A stretch of 32,642 nt of DNA from NCBI GenBank assembly GCA_034530875.2, contig JAVRCJ020000050.1:16790-49431 (forward strand), given 5' to 3'. The notes beneath the pieces are model-generated. The model worked only from the letters and a program-made list of their open reading frames with translations, was not told the DNA's origin and ran no database searches. Every line of letters starts with the position of its first letter. Position 1 is the first letter of the stretch. The DNA comes from Nostoc sp. DedSLP01. GTDB lineage: Bacteria; Cyanobacteriota; Cyanobacteriia; Cyanobacteriales; Nostocaceae. Shown here in pieces: positions 28,196 to 32,642 of this stretch. The position numbers and the translations under genes were made by a program.

Positions 28196-28602
28196 TCACG
28201 CTGCTTGCGGGTACAGATGGGCATACATTTGGGGATAATTGATTTGTAACCAGTTCAACCAGCCATCAGTAGCACCTGTGTGTTGTTGGTCATAGCGAGT
28301 ACTGAAGTTGGCAATCGCTTGTTCTTGCCCAACTTTGTCGCCAAGGTCAAGCAATTCGCAGAATGTGGCTTTATGCCAGTCAAGAGAACGATTTGAGTAG
28401 TAGCCAATGGGTTGGTCAGTGGCTTTTGATTGTTCAGTCTGTGGTGGCCCAGACTCTAGAATTTTTGACCAATAACCCAGCAGTTCTTCTAACCCGCCTT
28501 TAGTTGCTTCCAGATTGCCAATGGACTTGATGACAGTGGGGATTTTTTCTTGCCACTCGCATTTACTCCACTTGGCTATCAACTCAACAAGGGCGCGATC
28601 GC
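28196..28602 (-). pseudogene. C-terminal remnant of a hypothetical protein upstream of dnaB (possible replication-module protein)
   Basis: Protein-like minus-strand frame DRALVELIAKW...HLYPQAA*, co-oriented with dnaB; native 5' end missing. Confidence 0.5.
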
Positions 28603-28827
28603 CTGCATTTGGAGCACAAGGTCGAGAGGGCATTTTTTGATGCGGGTAAGGCTTTGGCGGAATTACGCGAGCGCAGACTGTACAGATCCACTCATCGCAC
28701 ATTTGAGGAGTATTGCCGCGATCGCTTTGGTCACAGTCGCCGCCAGTCTTATCTTTTAATGGATGCGGCTGTTGTTTTTGATAACTTGGTTGAAATTTGC
28801 GATCAAATTGATCGCAAATTGCCGACA
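28594..28827 (+). pseudogene. Internal fragment of a conserved cyanobacterial plasmid-type hypothetical protein
   Basis: RDRLHLEHKVERAFFDAGKALAELRERRLYRSTHRTFEEYCRDRFG...LPT recognised as a recurrent cyanobacterial accessory-gene motif; truncated at both sides. Confidence 0.6.
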
Positions 28828-29073
28828 CCAAATTTGTGAGAGTATAATTAATCTGACTACTTAACAAGTACTGGCAATAGTTAAGTTTAGTAAATTTCAT
28901 AAAATACAGGATTTATATTATGTATCCTCAACTGATTTTCTCATGATTTGAAGAATACTTAACGCAGTCGATTACTGTTACTAATTTCAGCAATCCCTTT
29001 TGAGTACGCCATTTCTCCATAGTACAAAAATACTATAAAAAGCGATCGCACTGTGCCAGTTGCGTAAGTCCTG
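28828..29073 (-). mobile_element. Truncated IS701-family element: left end plus first 24 transposase codons
   Basis: Minus-strand end CAGGACTTACGCAACTGGCAC at 29073; ORF start MKFTKLNYCQYLLSSQINYTLTNL at 28900. Confidence 0.75.
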
Positions 29074-29185
29074 ATTTATTTACCCTCAAACAGATGCTTG
29101 AGTTCTTACGTCAAGTAGTAGACCGCAACTATGGAGTAAAGAGCGAAGTTTGTTTACCATCTGGGTGATTTTTGTTAATTTCCGA

Positions 29186-29216
29186 GATAATAAATAAGTT
29201 TTACTTATTTATTATC
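29186..29216. terminator. Hairpin downstream of the NRPS gene
   Basis: Perfect 14-bp IR GATAATAAATAAGT-TTT-ACTTATTTATTATC. Confidence 0.55.
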
Positions 29217-29297
29217 CAGAACAGTCAGCTTTTTTATATTACCTAAGAAAACGGTATCATACACTACTATATTTTAGCGATCGCAGAACTTTTAGGT

Positions 29298-32200
29298 CTA
29301 CTGAAAGTTGGTAAAGAAAGCTTGGAGTAATTTATCGTCTACTTCCGGCCAGCGAATGGTGGTATCTGCAAGTCCATTGAGGGTATTTTGGCAATCAAAT
29401 TTTAAGCTAGATGTTGCATTGGACTCTGAAGATGTATTGTCTTCAGCCAGCGATATAGCTGAATATAAAGCGTTATCAGTAGAAATTTGGTTACTACGAA
29501 CTAGTTCAGCTTGCCAATCCTCATCGGAAAGCTCTTGCAGTGGGTAGCCCAAAGAGCGGATGCAGTTAATAAATTGTCTCCAAGGAGCAGAATGAGAACT
29601 AATTAGATGGAAGGCTTTGCCCAAAGATTCTGGCTGCTGCGACAGGTTGATTAAGGTCTTGGCGAGATAGTCAACAGGTGTAATTTCTATCAAACTGTTC
29701 ATCTCTGGTGCACTTTTTAGTTGAATGCAGCTTTTGATGAATCTGTAAAACATATCATTTGAATTCCAAACGCCGGTTTGACTGTGCCATGTTATTCTAC
29801 CAAGCCTGTAGATACTGCAAGGCAAACCGCGATCGCGTGCCATCATAACAATCTTTTCTGCCACCCATTTACTTTGGGTATAGCCTCCAACAAGTCCTTG
29901 ACCGTGTTCCAGAGGATCATTTTCTTGAACAACTTCTAATTTGAAATACTCATCTGAGGCGAAAACGCTAACAGTAGAAATGAAATGCACAGGCTTGATT
30001 TTGATTTGACTAGCTAATCTCAAGACTTCCTCAGTTCCACGAACATTTGCTGCTTTTAACAAAGCGTATGGATAAACATGATTCACCAAAGCGCCATTAT
30101 GGTAGATTGAGTCAATTTTAAGAGCCATGAGGTGAAACTGCTCATCACCAAGACCCAGAAGCGGTTGAGATAAATCTCCTAATACTGGAATAATCCGCGG
30201 ATTGAAAGATTCCTCCCAAAGTAAATAAGCTTTTAGGGTTTCTTGAAGTCGTTGTTTCCCTCCGGTAAAATCAGCAGCACGTACCAAACAATAGATATCT
30301 GCTTGAGTTTGTTGTAATAATTCAGCCAGCAAAAAAGCACCGACAAAGCCTGTTGCACCCGTAAGAAAAATCGCCGCAGGTTCAGTTACAGGTTGATAAA
30401 CTAAGTTTCTAGGGTTAATTGTCTGGTCTAAGACGACTTCAGCCTGTAAGTTTACGTTAGTAATTTCATTTGCACTGACGCTAGAGTTTGCCCCAGAGGT
30501 AGACTCAATCGTATAAGCAAGTTCAGCGATAGTTGGGGCGGTAAATAAGTGACGCAACGGTAACTTAATCTGGAAAGTCTCATTGATTTGGGACATCACC
30601 CGAATTGTGGAGAGTGAATGGCCTCCTAAGTCAAAGAAATTATCCAGAACACCCACTTTCTCTATGTGCAGTGCATTAGCCCAAATGTCTGCCAATACCT
30701 TCTCTACAGGGGTACGTGGTGCCACAAAACTCACTGCCAACTGAGTATTTTGGGAATCAGGAACAGGTAAGGCTTTGCGGTCTACCTTGCCATTAGGAGT
30801 TAAAGGTAAAAGCTCTAACCTGACAAAAGCAGAAGGCACCATGTACTGTGGTAATTTTTCTTTCAAGAAAATGCGTAACTCATTGGTAGTTGGTGTTTGC
30901 TCCAACTGCGATACAAAATAAGCTACTAAGCGTTTCTCTCCTGGGATATCTTCTCTCGCCACTACCACATTTTCCCTAACTCCTGTATACTCACTCAGTA
31001 TTGCCTCAATTTCCCCTAGCTCAATTCGGAAACCTCGGATTTTTATTTGATTGTCAATGCGTCCCAGGTATTCTATGTTTCCATCTGGTAAATAACGGGC
31101 TAAGTCACCAGTTTTGTATAGGCGCTCCCCCGCTCTCCTGTTTCTATCAAAGGGGTTAGGGATGAATTTTTCTTGTGTTAATTCTGGTCGGTTGAGATAA
31201 CCGCGTGCTAATCCTACACCACCGATGTGCAATTCTCCTGGCACACCCACAGGCACTAGTTGCAAATTTTCGTCTAAAATGTAAACTTTTGTATTGGCGA
31301 TCGCCTTACCAATAGATATTTTCTCGTCATCTTCAGTGCATTTTGCGATCGTGGCACAGACAGTAGCTTCCGTTGGGCCGTAACCGTTGAAGAAGTTTCT
31401 GCCAGCAGACCATTGTCTGATTAGTTCAGCAGAACAAGCTTCTCCACCTACAATTATTGTTTGCAGTGCCGGAAGTTCCTCCATAGGCATAACTGCTAAA
31501 GCCGATGGTGGTAGCGTGATGTTGGTAATGCAATGATTGTGTAATTGCTCAATTAATGGCTTCCCTGGCAATAGAGAGTCTTTTGTTCCCAGGTACAGCG
31601 TTGCACCTGACCCCAGAGCCAATACAATTTCCCAGATAGAAGCATCAAAACTGAAGGAGGCAAACTGGAGAACGCGACTATCAGAATGCAAGCCAAAAGT
31701 TTGAATCTGAGCGAGAGTTAAGTTGCATAGTCCCCTATGCTCAACCATGACACCTTTAGGTCTACCTGTAGATCCTGAAGTGTAAATCACATAAGCTAGA
31801 TCAGAAGCTTTGACTCCACTGCTTAGGTTATCTTGATTGTTTTGGGCAATTTCTTCCCAGGCTTCATCTAAGCAAACAAGTTTTGCTTGATGCTCAGGAA
31901 GTCTGTGAATAAGTCGTTCTTGAGTCAGCAGCACCGAAACTTGAGCATCTTCTAACATGAAGTGCAAGCGCTCTTGAGGATAGTCTGGGTCAAGTGGTAC
32001 ATAAGCTCCACCAGCCTTGAAAATCCCCAACAGTCCTACCACTATATCTAAAGAACGTTCTACACAAATACCCACCAGCGCATCTGGTTTGACACCCAAT
32101 GAGCGCAAGTAATGCGCCAACTGGTTAGCACGACAATTCAACTGGTGATAAGTCAATTGTTGATTCTCAAATACCACCGCCACGGCATCGGGTGTACGTT

Positions 32201-32642
32201 CCACCTGTTCTTCAAACAACTGATGAATACATTTATCGAAGGCGTAGTCTACCTGAGTATCATTCCACTCAACTAATAACTGCTGTTGCTCAGATGCTGT
32301 TAACATTGGCAATTGAGAAATGCGTTCGCTGGGATTAGCAACAATACCTTCTAGCAGACACGCAAAATGACCCGTCATCCGTTCGATAGTGCTGCTATCA
32401 AACAAGTCAGTGTTGTACTCCCACCCTCCCACTAGTCCAGTACTAGTGTTTTCCATTGATAAAGTTAAATCAAACTTTGCCGTGGAACTTTCTATTGGCA
32501 AGGAACTGACAGTTAACCCAGTCAACTCTATTTCAGATATGGGAGCGTTCTGGAGACCAAACATTACCTGAAATAGTGGTGTATGACTCATGTCTCTTTC
32601 TGGTTGCAGAGTTTCCACCAACATTTCAAAGGGCAAATCTTG
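29298..32642 (-). CDS. NRPS terminal module (partial C - A - T - thioester reductase R), 5'-truncated by the window; NcpB-like
   Basis: C-domain end (DLPFE..V, KFDL), A motifs YTSGSTGRPKG, YGPTE, YKTGD; T motif FFDLGGHSL; R motifs TGATGFVG, HNGA, YTQSK. Frame open to the window edge. Confidence 0.96.
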   Translation of the reverse strand, partial: QDLPFEMLVETLQPERDMSHTPLFQVMFGLQNAPISEIELTGLTVSSLPIESSTAKFDLTLSMENTSTGLVGGWEYNTDLFDSSTIERMTGHFACLLEGIVANPSERISQLPMLTASEQQQLLVEWNDTQVDYAFDKCIHQLFEEQVERTPDAVAVVFENQQLTYHQLNCRANQLAHYLRSLGVKPDALVGICVERSLDIVVGLLGIFKAGGAYVPLDPDYPQERLHFMLEDAQVSVLLTQERLIHRLPEHQAKLVCLDEAWEEIAQNNQDNLSSGVKASDLAYVIYTSGSTGRPKGVMVEHRGLCNLTLAQIQTFGLHSDSRVLQFASFSFDASIWEIVLALGSGATLYLGTKDSLLPGKPLIEQLHNHCITNITLPPSALAVMPMEELPALQTIIVGGEACSAELIRQWSAGRNFFNGYGPTEATVCATIAKCTEDDEKISIGKAIANTKVYILDENLQLVPVGVPGELHIGGVGLARGYLNRPELTQEKFIPNPFDRNRRAGERLYKTGDLARYLPDGNIEYLGRIDNQIKIRGFRIELGEIEAILSEYTGVRENVVVAREDIPGEKRLVAYFVSQLEQTPTTNELRIFLKEKLPQYMVPSAFVRLELLPLTPNGKVDRKALPVPDSQNTQLAVSFVAPRTPVEKVLADIWANALHIEKVGVLDNFFDLGGHSLSTIRVMSQINETFQIKLPLRHLFTAPTIAELAYTIESTSGANSSVSANEITNVNLQAEVVLDQTINPRNLVYQPVTEPAAIFLTGATGFVGAFLLAELLQQTQADIYCLVRAADFTGGKQRLQETLKAYLLWEESFNPRIIPVLGDLSQPLLGLGDEQFHLMALKIDSIYHNGALVNHVYPYALLKAANVRGTEEVLRLASQIKIKPVHFISTVSVFASDEYFKLEVVQENDPLEHGQGLVGGYTQSKWVAEKIVMMARDRGLPCSIYRLGRITWHSQTGVWNSNDMFYRFIKSCIQLKSAPEMNSLIEITPVDYLAKTLINLSQQPESLGKAFHLISSHSAPWRQFINCIRSLGYPLQELSDEDWQAELVRSNQISTDNALYSAISLAEDNTSSESNATSSLKFDCQNTLNGLADTTIRWPEVDDKLLQAFFTNFQ

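Noticed and set aside
27459..28238. Short ORFs 27459-27671, 27603-27887, 27715-27900, 27900-28238
   Set aside because: They lie in transposon-end repeats, antisense or alternate frames of dnaB, or heptamer repeats; no protein motifs.
381..32642. Linking the left-hand cluster to the NRPS as one biosynthetic gene cluster
   Set aside because: Separated by ~21 kb of signalling genes and mobile debris and on opposite strands; no evidence of shared function.
1..32642. Abundant GCGATCGC octamers as a novel repeat
   Set aside because: This is the well-known cyanobacterial HIP1; only the junction copy at 28595 is noteworthy.

Overview
Filamentous heterocystous cyanobacterial (Nostoc-like) DNA, judged from frequent HIP1 octamers (GCGATCGC), heptamer STRR tracts and Nostoc-type MITE-like repeats. 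Four blocks. (1) 1-8335: an orphan small-molecule/RiPP-like gene cluster: a candidate 16-aa peptide ORF, a CgnB/CgnE-like (M29 aminopeptidase-fold) protein lacking its C-terminal HxD metal motif, ALDH, GNAT, SAM methyltransferase, an internally deleted EamA exporter, a second Asd, a divergent short aspartokinase and an M14/DUF2817 carboxypeptidase. (2) 9371-26180: a signalling island with a membrane Fe-S/FHA/cNMP-binding protein, an FHA-flavin/2Fe-2S oxidoreductase, an HD/PDE-like hydrolase and a Wsp-like chemosensory operon whose output is a REC-adenylate cyclase rather than a diguanylate cyclase. Its CheA is frameshifted, most plausibly inside a 7-bp repeat tract, and its CheB lacks the phosphoacceptor Asp. 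(3) 26261-29073: debris of a plasmid/prophage-type replication module, with dnaB split by a 403-bp TGT...ACA mini-transposon (26-bp perfect IRs, 5-bp TSD), plus gene fragments and an IS701-type remnant. (4) 29298-end: the terminal C-A-T-R module of an NRPS (Phe/Leu-type A domain, reductive release; nostocyclopeptide NcpB-like). Family assignments rest on motif recognition, not database searches.
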